A stretch of DNA of 64,000 nucleotides from Ptychomitrium polyphyllum (GCA_973851085.1 OZ316776.1:15748001-15812000); one strand, 5' to 3'. Positions 37,978-51,596 are shown, counted from the stretch's first letter. A program made the numbers and translations. The notes: generated by a model from the sequence alone, not told the origin.

Positions 37978-39122
37978 TGTCGCAACCCTTACAATGCACT
38001 TTAGGAAGCGTTACGCGCGTCAACCCTGTACACCCCCACATGCACATGGTTAACCCCCATTCTCACTTTTCAAGTCTTTCTACCATTTTTCTTAGGACAC
38101 CCAATTTATTAATAGCCAATGGTTAGGTGCAGACTTCTATTCATGTCCAAGGCCTCACTTGGTGTTACTTCCATTCCACACGGCCTAACCGCACTTAGTG
38201 GTATCTCTTCACCACCACTCATGATGCCCAAGTGATCCTAAGATCACCCCGGGCCATCATGGTGTCGGCGTGAAGACACCACCCCAATTTAATGGTCACA
38301 AGCGTACCCTTTTGAACGTGCTAGTTCCCTTCGTGAAACCGGCCGTCCACCGGCTCACAATGGTGTGGGAGTCCCCGTGGTGAAGCCCAAACGCTAGCTC
38401 CACCAACCGGGACTCACCCTTGGTCTCTACCAAGACACTAAGGGAGTGGGGAGGGGGACCAGCCCTCCCTTATAGTACTCTTTGTGGGATTCGGCAGGCC
38501 CCCTAGCCCTCTGGAGCTAGCTGAACCCCGACACACCTAGAGTTTTGGAAGACCACCGGATCCCCCTTGGGACTTAGCCGCTGGAAGCCTCCAGGACTCC
38601 CAGCGGACCTTTAGGGCGCCATATCTTCCTCATTTGGTGCCCGAATGTATTGAGCAACCACTCTATCGTCATCTACTCTTCGCGTAGATGCCGATAGACT
38701 CCTCAAACGTCCGATTTGAGTTAGTATTATGGGAGATAACTCTCTCCCAAGGTTCGGGACTCCCGGGAAGTCCCTCCCTGGACTATCCCACTCCAGCACA
38801 GTCACTGTGTAGGGCTGCCACACTCTAGAACAGCCTCTTGGCAACCCCAACTTTGGGGTGCCATAACTTTTAGCTCTCATATCCGATTTGGGCAATCTTT
38901 AGCATTCTAGAATCAGCTCTTTATGATTCCTTTAATGCCCACGATTTATCCTTTGTGGCCCTCGATCTACATGGGCAAGGATGTTTTTCCCCCTAGGGGT
39001 CCTTTTCATGTTAGGCCTACTCGGTTCTCCTCACTATCGGCGCCACAAGTTCCGGGCGTCACTTCAGGGTCCCTCTTGTGCCCTTAGTGTTGCGAGCACT
39101 CCTCAGGGAGAGGTGCACGACA
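37978..39122 (-). repeat. 5' LTR
   Basis: TG...CA termini, adjacent PBS and TSD. Confidence 0.96.
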
Positions 39123-39648
39123 AGTGTTGTCTTGTTCTTAATTATTATACCAATACTTTTTCATCATTAGATCTTTAGAGGATAATTATTGAAACCACTT
39201 CAATACTTGCTTCATAACTACTTCATGTTTCTTTCCTCAATTTAAAAGATTCATCAAGACTTGCACTTTTCAAAAATGGGGATATCATTGTGGTTTAAGT
39301 TTGTAAGCAAAGGTAGACCTCACAAAATAGAAGTCATGTAATTTCCGACTATTTGAAATATAACTCTAATGGATTGCTTCAAAGGTATTGTTTAGAAGTA
39401 ATACACACTGACCGGTGTCTGTAACTTGCTGAACATGAGATAACGATTCTATCAAGTGAACAGATTTAAATGCCATCTATTCTTGGGTCCATGCTTAGGA
39501 TAGTGAGGCAGATTAAGCTCGCCACCATGATGGAGTAAATCATCCTTGTTCGAAAAGAGTTATGTGTTAATTCTTCAGTTTAAAATCTCTAGTTCATTGC
39601 AATGATTTCCAAGGGTGCAGAATGAAACCCGTATTGACTTATTTTATA

Positions 39649-42289
39649 CTAAGAATAACTTAATTCTGCACTGGTGTTGAAATGCTGCTCAAAGCTCACT
39701 TTAAACTTGACAGGCTTCAGCAGTATCCGCATGACAGTACCGCTTGGATGTATCTCCTGCTTTGTAGGTAATGCCACAAGGCGCTCTAAAGCACGCCAAC
39801 TCAGTTCCCCGACTACCTGCAGTTAATCATACAGTGTAAGAACCTTGATGAATCATAGATCTAGGACTAGAGACCTTCATAATTTATGTGTTAATTATGA
39901 TGCAAATATAACTATAGCATTCTCTAAGAAACTTGATTCTGATTCTTGTAATCTATTCTTGGTGGTCTCCAAGAGTGCACATTAATGAGCTAATATTGCA
40001 CGTTTGGAGTTTTCCTTACCGTTCCAAACACAGAAAAACTCCCATTCCACTCGTGGTGGTCTTCTAGGCTGAAAAAGAACTCACTCGTCCCCTGTAAATC
40101 AAAAGCCATAAGCATTGTTCCTTTGCTCATAATAAAATACGCAGAACTATGCTGCACATGGATGAGAGCATCTACACTAAACAAGTCCAAAAGAACATAG
40201 GAATAAAGAAAACGAGATGAATTACTGTTATGAGCGCCAGAGTCCCTTTACTGTTGTCCAGCTTGGTTTCCAAAGGCAGATTCTTGTTTTCTTGACGTCC
40301 ACATGAATACAGCCCACCCTGAAGTAATGCATACCTGCCAAATAGATTATTGTATGCGGTCATTCAACAGAACGTGTTGCCCTGAACAATAATTTGGTGA
40401 CAGAAAACAGGAGAGCCATCAACAGCCTTCCAACTTATTCATTCTCATCGTTGTTGCACGAACAAAAACAAGAAGCTTTCAGATAAGAGACCATCTGACA
40501 GAATACGCACCCTTTGCGAGAGTCATTTCTTCCAGCGTCTATCGTTGGACCTGGAGGCTCCGCACGGTAGAAACCACATCCATCAAATAGACCTCGACGG
40601 ACCAAGCTCTGTATCCATCAATACAAGTTCATCAGTATTTGCAGTAAAGACATTAAGTCTTGCCTTGAATCAAGACAATACGAAAGCAGTCAAGTATCAC
40701 TCTTGCTTCCTACAACGGCTTTCCATTAACAAGGCGATTAAGCCAATGGTAAAGAACAATGTCAACTCAATCTAACGCCAATTCCAGAACGAGAGTAGTA
40801 ATATCTCTCATATAAGGAGCTCTAAAGCACTTTGACCAAAATCTTCACAAGAAAGGAATGAAATCTACCTTCACGTACTGGACTGTCTTACATGCCATTT
40901 CCCTATGAAGCTCCACCATGATGTCCTGCAATATTCTGGGGTACCCAATTAGATTGGCATTACATCTCTGCAAATAAAATACTCAGGACAGCCAACTAAT
41001 TTCAAGTGGTTAATGTGATATAAGTAGGGTGTAACCTCAATATCTACATGTAAGCTCATCATACTTGCAATCGCGAATGAACTAATTATGGGTTCACAGA
41101 TATGTTCTCACACAGAAAATACGATATGAAAAACATGGATTGTTGTTTAATGACAAGATCTCAAACAGTGATGTTTTTGTGAAATCATCGCGAGTAGGAA
41201 CAACAAGAGAGCCGAGTGATGATTAGAGTGCTAAGAACAGGCCAAAATGAAGAGCATGTGCTTCAGAGTAAAGAACCCTTTGGTGATCTATCTAAATACT
41301 TTGTGTACTGTACAAACCTTTGGCCGTTCTATGTTACTGTCCTACCTACTTTAATGCAACTCACTTTCGTTCTTAAGAATGTTACACCATACCCCATACT
41401 TGGTCGCAAACACAAGACGCTCCTGTGGTCTTTGAGGGTAACCTAACCATATGCCAACTTCCCACCGTTCAGTAATCAATCTCCATCAAACCCTTATTTA
41501 TTTACTGACATTTGAGGCATTAAGAATATGAGGGAATGGTTTTCAAGCCATCGCTACTAAGGTTTCGAAAAGAGGCCCTCGCATGAAGGTGGGATTTCAG
41601 TGTGGCTTATGTATCCTCACACCAATATCGGCCCCAGAGACATGAAATCCAATCTCGAAAAGCAAAAAGCATTTACAGCATGGTCTTAAATAGAGCGATA
41701 CATTCGAGAACAATTAAAGCGGACCTGCTACTCGAGTAAGACATGAAAAATAAAATCTCAACACAAAGATAGAGCTGAAGCAATTATCCTCTTCCTTACA
41801 GAATTCTTCCACCCGGAATGCGCAACTGCTACAACCAAAGATTGTGCGGAAAGAAAGTGCCAATAGACGATTACAAAAAGAACAATCTGGTTACTTGACC
41901 GTGAATTGCAGCTTGTAAGTCACAAATAAGACACGATTCGTACAAAATACACCCAACACGAAAGGGGAGCACGACCAAGCTGGAACATCACCCGAGAGAA
42001 ACAGTTACCACATTGTTTCTAATTTCTAAACAACAAACCACTAACGGCCTAGCCATTACCAAGATATACAATAGAGAAATCCATTGATAGGTGTAAGGTT
42101 GAGCGACAGAAGACCATGATATTGTGGAACTACGAGCGGCTGCTCGCTGTAGCCCAAAAACGCGGAATCTCTCGACAACCCAGATGCAAAATTTGCCATC
42201 ATCGCCACCATCGCCACCAGCGAGAGCATAGATAGGTCTAAACTCCTGTGCCGCTCCAAGAATGACGATAATCTCCTCCCGCACTCCAT
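39649..42289 (-). CDS. Divergent cyclophilin-fold (PPIase-like) protein with a hydrophobic N-terminal region
   Basis: Phase-consistent exons give ERLVFATKYG|DIMVELHREMACKTVQYVK|SLVRRGLFDGCGFYRAE...G|YALLQGG...KGTLALIT|GTSEFFFSLEDHHEWNGSFSVFGT|VVGE...LERLVALPT...LLKPVKF. This matches plant divergent cyclophilin-like proteins. The 5' exons (42289-42060, 41724-41702) are less certain. Confidence 0.75.
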
Positions 42290-45200
42290 TTCCTTACAGT
42301 AAAATATCGTGGGCGCAGTTGACCTAATTCAGAGTCTCTATACAAAGCATTGTGAAAAGAAGAAACCTCAACAACCCCCGTAACTACACATGCCCTGCTA
42401 GCGTCAAATCTTCGAGAGGCTCAACACAAATTAGACACCGGTTGTGGATACTAAGGACGACACAGTACGCCTCGCAAAGAAACCTCTCTTCCTCCAACAT
42501 TGAACGCATATTCTCACCGACTGTGTTATCAAAGACAGCATCACTAAATGCATCGACTGCACATTTGTTAAAGCACTGTGCATTGTCGATGTTTAGTCAA
42601 CCCTTGTGCCAGCGCGGATGCATCCTCATCCAGCACCAACATAGAATCTACTTCTCCTTTCATTTGTAAAACATCTATCGAACTACCGTTTGGGCACCAT
42701 CAACAAGCATCCGCTTCTCGCGATCAGTGCACATTCTCGTCAGCGCGGACACAATCATGGGAAACATGATATGCTTGTGGTGGCCATGTGACTTATCATG
42801 ATCTTGTTGTTCTTCAGATGTTTTGCGAAGAGTATGGAAGAGTGTTACTCTTGAACACTGTTCTTTAAAGGCATAATGTTTGCCTTCCACACGAAGCAGT
42901 CTATTGACTACTCACCAAACCTCATGCGCACTTGCAGCACAATGATATGAACCTAAGAATGCATGAACGATCGTCACTGTGGATTCAAGCACTGGAATGG
43001 TGAGCCGATCATATTGCATACGTTGGTTACAACTCTATCTGAAATGAGCGTACACCCTGTTGTGTGGTTCACTTAAGAATCAAATAGCTGTCTCCAGTAT
43101 GTAGGAAACGCACCCCAGAACTTGCACAACCCAGAAAGACAACATGGTTGTCGGTTGCATTGAAAACAGCAAACATAGTCTATCATAGAAACCTGAGGTA
43201 CAGCTGACTTCCATATCCAGATCTGTGTTTCTAACCTGAATGTGGTTCACAGATATTGAGAAGTGCTTGTCGCGCTCCAACACGAAAATCATACTGTTTT
43301 GTTCTTCCTGTCTTTCTCTTCAAGCTGCTGCTGAAAGAGACTTATCACCTTTAACGCGGTAATCGTGGAGGAAGTTGTTGACGCTGAACAACAGGCAAGT
43401 CTGAGGTGCTTGAAGTTCGTTTCACTCTGCGTGATGCTTTGCACGAGATGCTTTACTGTGTGCTGCCGCCGCCGCTGCGCCTTGATCATGGAAACGTTGA
43501 AATCATACTCACATGACTACAGACATGTTGAGCATCGTGAGCACTTCACAGCAGCGATGGAGTGATGGTTCTGCACACTCAATTGCATCTTCCAACATTT
43601 TCAAAGAATGTTAACTCTTCAGTACTGGAAGGTGTGAGGTCCAAATATAATCTGTAAGCTACCCGAATTTTATAAAAAAATTGATACTATGTTAGATCAT
43701 AAAAGATCATAGAGTTGCACAGGGTCTTGTGATTGACAAATTTGGTAGATCAACTGCTGAAAAGGAGAGTATATTGTTTGCCATTGATGGCGGTCCTAGT
43801 TGTAAGAAAGGATTTTTAGAAATGTTTTGTGTGAATCACATGTTATCAGGGAAGTCATATTGATAGGTAAGGCTTACCCTGTCATGGATTTACTTGTCAT
43901 ACATTTGTCATATGATAAGCCTTATTGGATGGATGCAATGTAGTGCAATGTAAAAAAAATTCATCCATTTAATAGAAGCTCCATGTTTGTGGGTCTTGTT
44001 TGTACTAATTAGAATTTGGAAGGGGCATTAGCTGGAGAAGCTTTCTTGGCTTGACATTCTTTGCTGAGTCAACTTTTGCAGTATATTTAAGAGATTTTTT
44101 TCTTATAATTTATTTAGATATGGTGGTTCAACCATTTTGTAAAACTTAAAGCTTTTCTTATCACTTGTATTGATAAATGCTTTTTAAAAGTGAAAGTTGC
44201 TTGATTTATGTGTTGTAATTTCTTTTTTGTTTATTTAGCAAAAATTTGGAGGTTTTCTGCAATTTTTGAAGAAAGCAAGTTCTTTTAATGTAATCTTTTT
44301 GAATATCAATTTTACATGTGAAAAGAACTTTGGGTTTGAAGAGAAAAAATTAACAAGGTTACATTGTTATATTTTTATTTTTTTTGGTTTAGAAAAAGAA
44401 AAGATTTGTATGTAAAAATAAATCTTATACTAGGTTTACAATTACAACTTCCAAGTTGCTAGAACAAGCTACAAGCAATTTGCAAACAACTACTAATATG
44501 TATTTTATAAGCTACTATTGCAAATTGCATAGCAACAAGCTTGATACTTGCAACTAATGGGACCATGTGTAAATGACAAGCATCTATAAGACTTTTGGTA
44601 ATTTTATTTTCCATTCCTCTTTTTATTATTTTTTTTGTATTTTAGACCTAACATTGCTCCCCTACAACCAAGAAAACCACTCAAAGACCTTACAAAAATC
44701 CTTTTAAAAGCCTTACAAATTCTTGAATTGTAGTGTAAGTCTAATGTTGTAGAATGTTATTAGGTAAAATGATGGACTTTACAATGTGAACCTCCATTTA
44801 TACACTTGAAGTATGATAGTTGTTAAATAGCTATTGCCAAAGGCTTTCCACCAAAATAAGTTATCTTCTAAGCTTATACCATCCAAAGATGAATGGTAGA
44901 CAAATGAACTTAATCCTGGTCATCTCTATGTTGCTTCTTTTCCACCTATTTGCCCTCAGTACTAACTTCCATGCATTTGTAAGAGTTAACCGCCGGGTTT
45001 CAATTGCCCAAATTCCATATTACCTTGTCTACTAGCTTGCCTTGTCAAAGCCCTTTATTTTTAGGTCACATAGACCAAAAAAATCTCAAAGGCACAATTA
45101 CAATTCAAATTGTACATTGGATGCACTTGTATGCATTGAATGGCATTACGACATAACAAACTAATATTTCATATTGTCATTGTGGCAATATTCATACAAC

Positions 45201-45522
45201 CAAAGCAAATCTTTACAAAGGAAACATGATTACATATCTAAAAGGTATGAAACCATTTATATGGAACAAAACCAATTATAAACTATTCTTTATTGCAAAT
45301 TCAATTCATTGTCACAATTGTGGCAAAGTATGACTTTGTCACCTTTGTCTCAATTTTGTAAAATATATATCACATACTACTTTTTGGGAGTTTGGAAAAT
45401 CTTATCCTTATTTATTTTGAGGTAAATACCAATATATGAAGAGCACATTTACACGGTGGCCTTGCAACATTTGAATTACCTAATTCTATTGCATCCTGCT
45501 TCTTTGAAGGCTTTCCATGATC

Positions 45523-46178
45523 AGCAACTCTCTTCCCTTCAGGCGCTTACCAACAGATGCAAGGACCTGTCAAGCTTTTTGTACTATTTCCCGATGCGGC
45601 ATGTCTCTTGGTGCTTTCATGTGGTACCTTAGAGATTCAGAATGCTTGAAAGCAACCGACCTCTTTGTTTATACAAATCCACAGCCCAGAAGGCACTTGC
45701 ACATTCAGTTTCGAAAGCACGAGCTGGCGTAGGTAGGTGAGGTTCAATGATAGAGAAATAAGAGCACAAAGTCCACCCGACCTGTGCTGCGTTTAAAGTA
45801 AAATGCAGCTCTCTTCTTCTTGATGTCAACCTTCGGAGTAGCACACAGGGAGATAGATGTGATTGTGATTCCCAGATTCTCTAGGTGCTGAGTATCGGAC
45901 GGTTTGATGGCGCTGAACAGCTTCTCTGTTACAGGTCTGTGATGATCTACTCCTTCGGAGAAAGCTACGACTGTAAACTCAATCCAGACATAAGCACCTT
46001 GGCCGAGCAACTCTCTTCCCTTCAAGCGCTTACCAACAGATGAAAGACCTGACAGGGCATCGGGTTACTAAGGAACAGTGTAGTGGCGGCGTGAATACAG
46101 AGAGAGTGCGACCTGTCAGGCTTTTCTCTCCTCGTACCTTTCTGTATTATATCCCGATGCGGCATTTCTCTTGGTGCT
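45523..46178 (+). repeat. Local direct duplication: ~95 bp at 45523-45615 repeated, with insertions, at 46006-46178
   Basis: AGCAACTCTCTTCCCTTCARGCGCTTACCAACAGATG and TCCCGATGCGGCATKTCTCTTGGTGCT occur in both places. Confidence 0.85.
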
Positions 46179-46791
46179 CATGAGCTTCTCCACTCTCTTA
46201 GTACAGCCGGTGTTGATCAGCTGCCGGATTCCACATTGGAAACTTTGATTCTTCCATCATAGCTCAGAAGATTGGGATCTCATTGCAGCACGGGAGGCAG
46301 AGAGAGGTGGAAGACGACCCGCGCTCCCGGAAACCTCCCCCTCAGCACACATGCGTAGATTCTACATGCAGATAGGATGAGAATGGGCATGGATTTCGCT
46401 TCCTTCTATTCATTTCACGAGTTTTCATTCGTCGAGCTGTTTGAAACCATGACCTCAACGACACCACCAGTGGCCAGCCAGCTTCGCCGGCACGAATCAT
46501 TCCACTCTGGCTTCGATTGCTTTGTGTATCTGATCAGCTGTGACTCTGATGTGCACCGGATTGATGCCTACAGCCTCTACCGACAACGATTCGTCGCTTG
46601 ATTCTCCGTATCTGTAGATCCAAGTTCCCAGCCCTGTGCTTCGTGATGCTCTAAATTCCGCGTTCCGTGCGCCGGCTAGTTTTCTTTTGCTTCTCCTCTG
46701 CACTTCTGTGCACTTCTGGTCATTTCTGCTCATCGTGTGCATTGTAGCTCAATTGAGTCTATCGTGATCTTTTTGACTGAGTTTTTGGCAT

Positions 46792-46835
46792 AACGGAGTT
46801 GCGATCAGGGACTGGGAAGCCAGCGTTAGTAACGG
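46792..46835 (+). promoter_or_regulatory. Two MSA-like AACGG cores upstream of the SAP-like gene
   Basis: TAACGGAG at 46791 and TAACGGTC at 46830, within 90 bp of the ATG at 46876. Confidence 0.4.
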
Positions 46836-46875
46836 TCGTTCCGAACTGACTGTTTTGCGTTTGCACTCGGCTCCA

Positions 46876-48908
46876 ATGCGCTACCATGAGCTGACGCGGA
46901 AGGAGTTGCAGACATTGTGCAAACAGAATAGATTGCCAGCCAACAAAACCAATGCGGTCATGGCCAGCTCCTTAACGAGCTTCTTCGCGGTAATGTGCCT
47001 GAACCCAGTTCTTTTGTCAAGGTCTGAACAGCGGCAATACGTTCAAGATCTGTAATGGACTTCAATTGTTTGCCTTTCAATTGCTTTTTCCCTATCAATC
47101 AAGGGTTTTCTTTGGTTTGAGGTGGATTTTTCACGGACGGTGATGGCAGGACCAGGAAACTTTAACTCAGGCGTATGCACACGTTTTTACGCCGTCCACC
47201 CCAACCAAGTCTGACAAGACCAGATTATTGCCGAAGCTAGAGAAGCTGGATACGTCTCTTGCCTCTGTAGAATTAGGGTCAGGGAAAGCTTCGACGAAAG
47301 GCGGCCAGGACACGCTCCTAAAAAAATGCAAGGAGCCTGTAGCTCAATCGGCGTTTACTGTTTCGCCGCCCGCCCATAGTGCTGATAGTACGCTTCTGCC
47401 GGATACAACACTTCGGCGGAGGAGTAAAAGGAGTAATACAGTTAAGAAACTTTCGGTGGGTGCTGAGGGCGCATCTTCGAGAGGTATCGCACCAGATTAG
47501 GTTTCTGTATGCAATTTCGATTTCTAGTCTTTTTGAGGGATTAGTATTTGAACGATGTTTTCTGCCATCTCAATGCGTTTGTTTCTTGTCCTATATGAGA
47601 ACATATTCAGAGAACATTATGTTTGTGTGAAGTATAATGTGGTGATTTCTTTCTTTGTTGTGTTCTTTTGTGTTTGTACTTTTCTCTTGTTTTCTCCTTC
47701 TTTTTAGTATTTTGGAATGGTTTCTGCAGATTCTACTGGAAATCTCAGGCTTCCATCTGAGGAGATTTCAATACACACCAGTGCAACAATGGTAAAGAAG
47801 AGTTCAACGCCTGAGCCTCAACTTGCACTGCATCTAAATGCTGATGTCTTGATTACAGACGATCAAGGTAAGGGCTTTCTTTTTCTCGCCCCTAACGGAT
47901 CCCTATTTTCGACTGTTCATAAAGCACCACTCATAAGTAGTGAATGCAGTGGTTGCATTTTCACCAGGTTTCATTTCACGAAATGTTGCTTGCAGGTTTA
48001 GGGTTCACCAGAGGGCCTCAACACCAGGAAGTTGTGGCATCGAGAACTGGTGTTGGGATAGTGGTGAAAAAAGAAATGCAACTCAGCTCCCCTTCTAAAT
48101 CAGAACCTGTCGCGATCTACTCTGCTCATAATCAAGGTGAAGCTTCTGACTCCATGTGCAGTAGAGATACAACTGCCAGGGGCAACTTCACAACGAGACT
48201 GAAACTTAATCGTTTTTCTATTGAAGATCTCTTTCATTGGTACTCTCTTCGTTGAGCTCTTAAAACGATCAGCAACAATCAGTTCTGTACTACAGAGGGT
48301 CATTTTCTTGTAGGACTGAATTTAGTAAGACTATGAAGTATTTTTCTCTTATGAAATTTGTTGGTAAAATGAATTTCTCCAGAAACTGAGTTATGTTTGA
48401 AGTAACGAATTGATAGTTGTATGTCAAACCTTGTGTATGTAAACAAATAACGAACACTTCCTCATGATAATCAGATTGCCAGAACAAGTCTAATCCGCGC
48501 TGTACGCAACCTGTCTTAATGAGCCCCCTTCTTCGAATCACAGCTAATGTTGATACGTTGATACAACGAGCGACTGGGATGCTCGAGAAGTTCGAGGAAT
48601 GGAAAATCGATAATCCGAACAAGGATGTTGTGCACAGCTCAGGACAGACACATCTCTTATCTGACAAAGAGAATCGTTATCAACATAGTCCTTGCAAGAA
48701 TTCGAAGTTGCGGAGTCTTCAAGGTTATATGAGTGATAATGCCACACAACTGGTACGTTTATATCAATATGACTATTCCTTCTATAAGTAAGCGGTTTGT
48801 TACTTTGTTTGATGGTTCTGAGTGTTCTACTGTGTGTTTCTGCAGGAGAGGAAGGGCAGCATTTTGAAAGACACAACCCTGGATGCTCACACTGGAAGCA
48901 ATGTCTAA
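46876..48908 (+). CDS. Uncharacterised protein with an N-terminal SAP/HeH-like motif, a low-complexity middle and a KEN box
   Basis: Exons approx. 46876-46989, 47150-47483, 47730-47867, 47996-48136, 48475-48752, 48846-48908, with consistent phases. The N-terminus MRYHELTRKELQTLCKQNRLPANKTNAVMASSL resembles a conserved plant motif; DKEN lies near the C-terminus. Confidence 0.75.
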
Positions 48909-51227
48909 ATTGTGCAGTGAGGGTCTGTCCACCACAAATAAAAATCGGGGTATGATCTGCACAGTTAAGAGAGCTGGTTTGATCTTGCAGGTATATTTTG
49001 ATGTGTGACAGCCGTTAGCAGAGGATTAATCATGAACGACAACCTCATAGATCCTGAGCCTTGCATGTGAGTGTAGTATCCATCAGGGTTCATCTTGGAT
49101 GCTGTAGTTGAGATTCTTGAGCGTCGAACAGACAATTGCAGCAACTGCGGGAGTTTCATTGGAGCTAAGTGCTACCCAGGCCGGAACAAGTAACATGGTG
49201 TAAGAAGACTCCCGGACAAGGTGGTAGCCGGAGGTATGAAAGTTGTTTGCATCTGCAAGAGGTGGTAGGCTTTAAGATGATCGGGTAGGTAACCTGGTTG
49301 CTGGCATGTATGATAAGGTACTAGAGATTGAATAGTGGTAGCGGTAAGGTTGAACAAAGGTAGTGGTGAGGTTGTGCGAAGATTGCAACGAGGTTGCATA
49401 GAGATTATGATGAATTTGCGCAGAGGTGACAACAAGGTTACGTGGAGGTAGCAGTGTAGATTTGTATTTTGGCAAATTTTTGATTTGGTTCATCTTGACA
49501 ATGCAACTGAGGAGGTTTGAAGTGGCCCATCTAAGAAGCATATTGGTTTATTAATTTTATGGCAAAGGGTTATATTTTAAAGCAAGCATTTTTCCACTGC
49601 CTAAGAATAAATGGAGTTAAATTCCTTGTCATAACTTACAAATTGTTGCAACTAAACCAATTTCTTTATAAAAGTTGTATATATGCACTTCTATGATTAT
49701 ATTGTATTACAAGTTTTATCTTATTACATTATTTGAGTGCTATACAAGTGAAGAAATTGCAAGGAAGTTGTTTTTGTATCTAAGAGCTGCAATGCTGATG
49801 ATATGGAGTCCAACCTACAAGCACAACCTTTACTAATGAGTACCTTTTGAAGCTCACCTCAATGTTTTCATGTTCACATGAACCTTAAAAGCCATGTAAA
49901 ATTGTTTTGTTTTTTAATTTTATTCTAGTTATATTGTACTTTGGTATTAATCTTGCAATTACTATGGCCATTCAATCTTCCTATAATTTCATTAGATCCA
50001 CATAATGTATATGCATGGAATGTAACTTACATACACAATCCATGTATTCTTGAATTCAAACCAATTTATATTCATTTGCATGCTAAAGGATGGAACTACT
50101 AGAATGGACAATACACAAGTATAATGCAAATTAGATTTCAAGTTTAGATTTGCTTGTTGTTGCACACATGACTTGACCAATACTACTTTTGTTTCCATCT
50201 CTTGTTCCATTTGTATATGCCTAAGTACAGCAACTTAAAAAGAGCAAGTTACTTGCAAGCAACAAAGTAAAAACACATCTAGTAATCTTACAATTTTCAA
50301 AGAAAAGAAATCTAGTGTGGAATAATTTCAAGATTGTAGCCATGGTCCAAGCATAATATAATGAGTTCCTTAATAAACTAGATTGTGAAGATTTGAGAGA
50401 CTTGATGGAATTCAAAAGTTTAAATGTAAGAGGATTGCAGCTTAAATGTTATAAGGTATTTTCCTTGCTTTCAAAGTAGAAGAGGGTGCAAGTAGAGTTA
50501 GAACATACTTCTTTCCAACTACAAATAAATTTTGGACTTCCATGGTGGAATAGTCTTTGAGCATTTCAACATGGTTTACTATTAAAAAAAAAACACCTAT
50601 TGTTGCAAACATATTATAACTATGTTTGTAAAAATATAGACAAGTTGTTTGTCACAAGCTTACTATGAATTTGTCTCATAGTAAAGGCCTACTTAAACAA
50701 TAGAATAAAAACTACATGCCTTCATAAGACAAAGATCCAATGCCTATTGAATATACCTTTCAAAAGTCTTAATCTTTCACCAACAACAAACAACTTCAAG
50801 CATGCTCACGCAAGTGCATTATAAAATAATGATAGTATAAAAGTTTTTTTTGATATGAAGACATCTAGCACCAGTAATTTGGACATTGAGAAGCAACCTT
50901 GACTTGCATTTATGAGTCTTTATCATCAATTAACTCTTATAACAAATAATTAATTGAATTTGCACAATTCATACATAATTTCTTAGTATGGCATACAAAG
51001 CAAACATATAAACTCTAAAGCCTAATCTTTTGTATAAGATATATTACATTTAAAGTCACAATTCCTTTCAAATTTTTGAATATAATCTTAAGTATTGTTG
51101 TAATATAGATTATTTAGTATTTAAATTGCAAAAGACCATTTATGACCTAAAGCAATCACCTTGTGCTTAAAACCAAGAAATTACATATTATTTTGGTTCA
51201 AAAGGTTTTTGTCATAGTAAAATTGAT

Positions 51228-51596
51228 CATAGTATATTTATTATAAATAAAGGTATAAATTGTGTTTTAATAGCTTTATATATTAATGACATTTTTTTCT
51301 ACAATAATAAAGGCTTCTTTGTAAATATAGACCTATTTGTCCAATTAAATTAGAATGATAGATGGAAGTGAAGTACATAATTTGCTTTGGTCGAATACAA
51401 TTTATTAATTGTTTTTTAAAAAAAATTGAATACCAAAAAAAAATACATTTCACTTCTATCTATCATTTTAAATTAATTAGACAAGTAGGTCTATATTCAC
51501 AAAGAAACCTTTACCATTGTAAAGAAAAAATAAGTCATTAATGTATATGGTTATTAGAACACAATTTGTACATTTCTTTATAATAAAGATATTATG
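51228..51596. mobile_element. Fold-back MITE-like element (~370 bp, ~145-bp imperfect inverted arms)
   Basis: 51228-51372 is the reverse complement of 51449-51596 (e.g. AATATAGACCTATTTGTC / GACAAGTAGGTCTATATT; ATGATAGATGGAAGTGAA / TTCACTTCTATCTATCAT). Confidence 0.8.

Larger units (their letters stand above)
31366..39122 (-). mobile_element. Full-length Ty3/gypsy chromovirus LTR retrotransposon, 7757 bp, coding region disabled
   Basis: Two 1145-bp TG...CA LTRs, 5-bp TSD AGTGT (31361-31365 and 39123-39127), tRNA-iMet PBS, and domain order gag-PR-RT-RH-INT-chromodomain. Confidence 0.97.

Noticed and set aside
42350..43570. Several short ORFs upstream of the cyclophilin-like gene
   Set aside because: No recognisable domain or coherent exon chain.
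44454..44555. Short degenerate inverted repeat (GCAATTTGCAA / TTGCAAATTGC)
   Set aside because: Too short and degenerate in AT-rich sequence to call as an element.
45744..46025. ORF with a kinase-like ELLGQGAY start
   Set aside because: No other kinase motifs follow, and it overlaps a local duplication.
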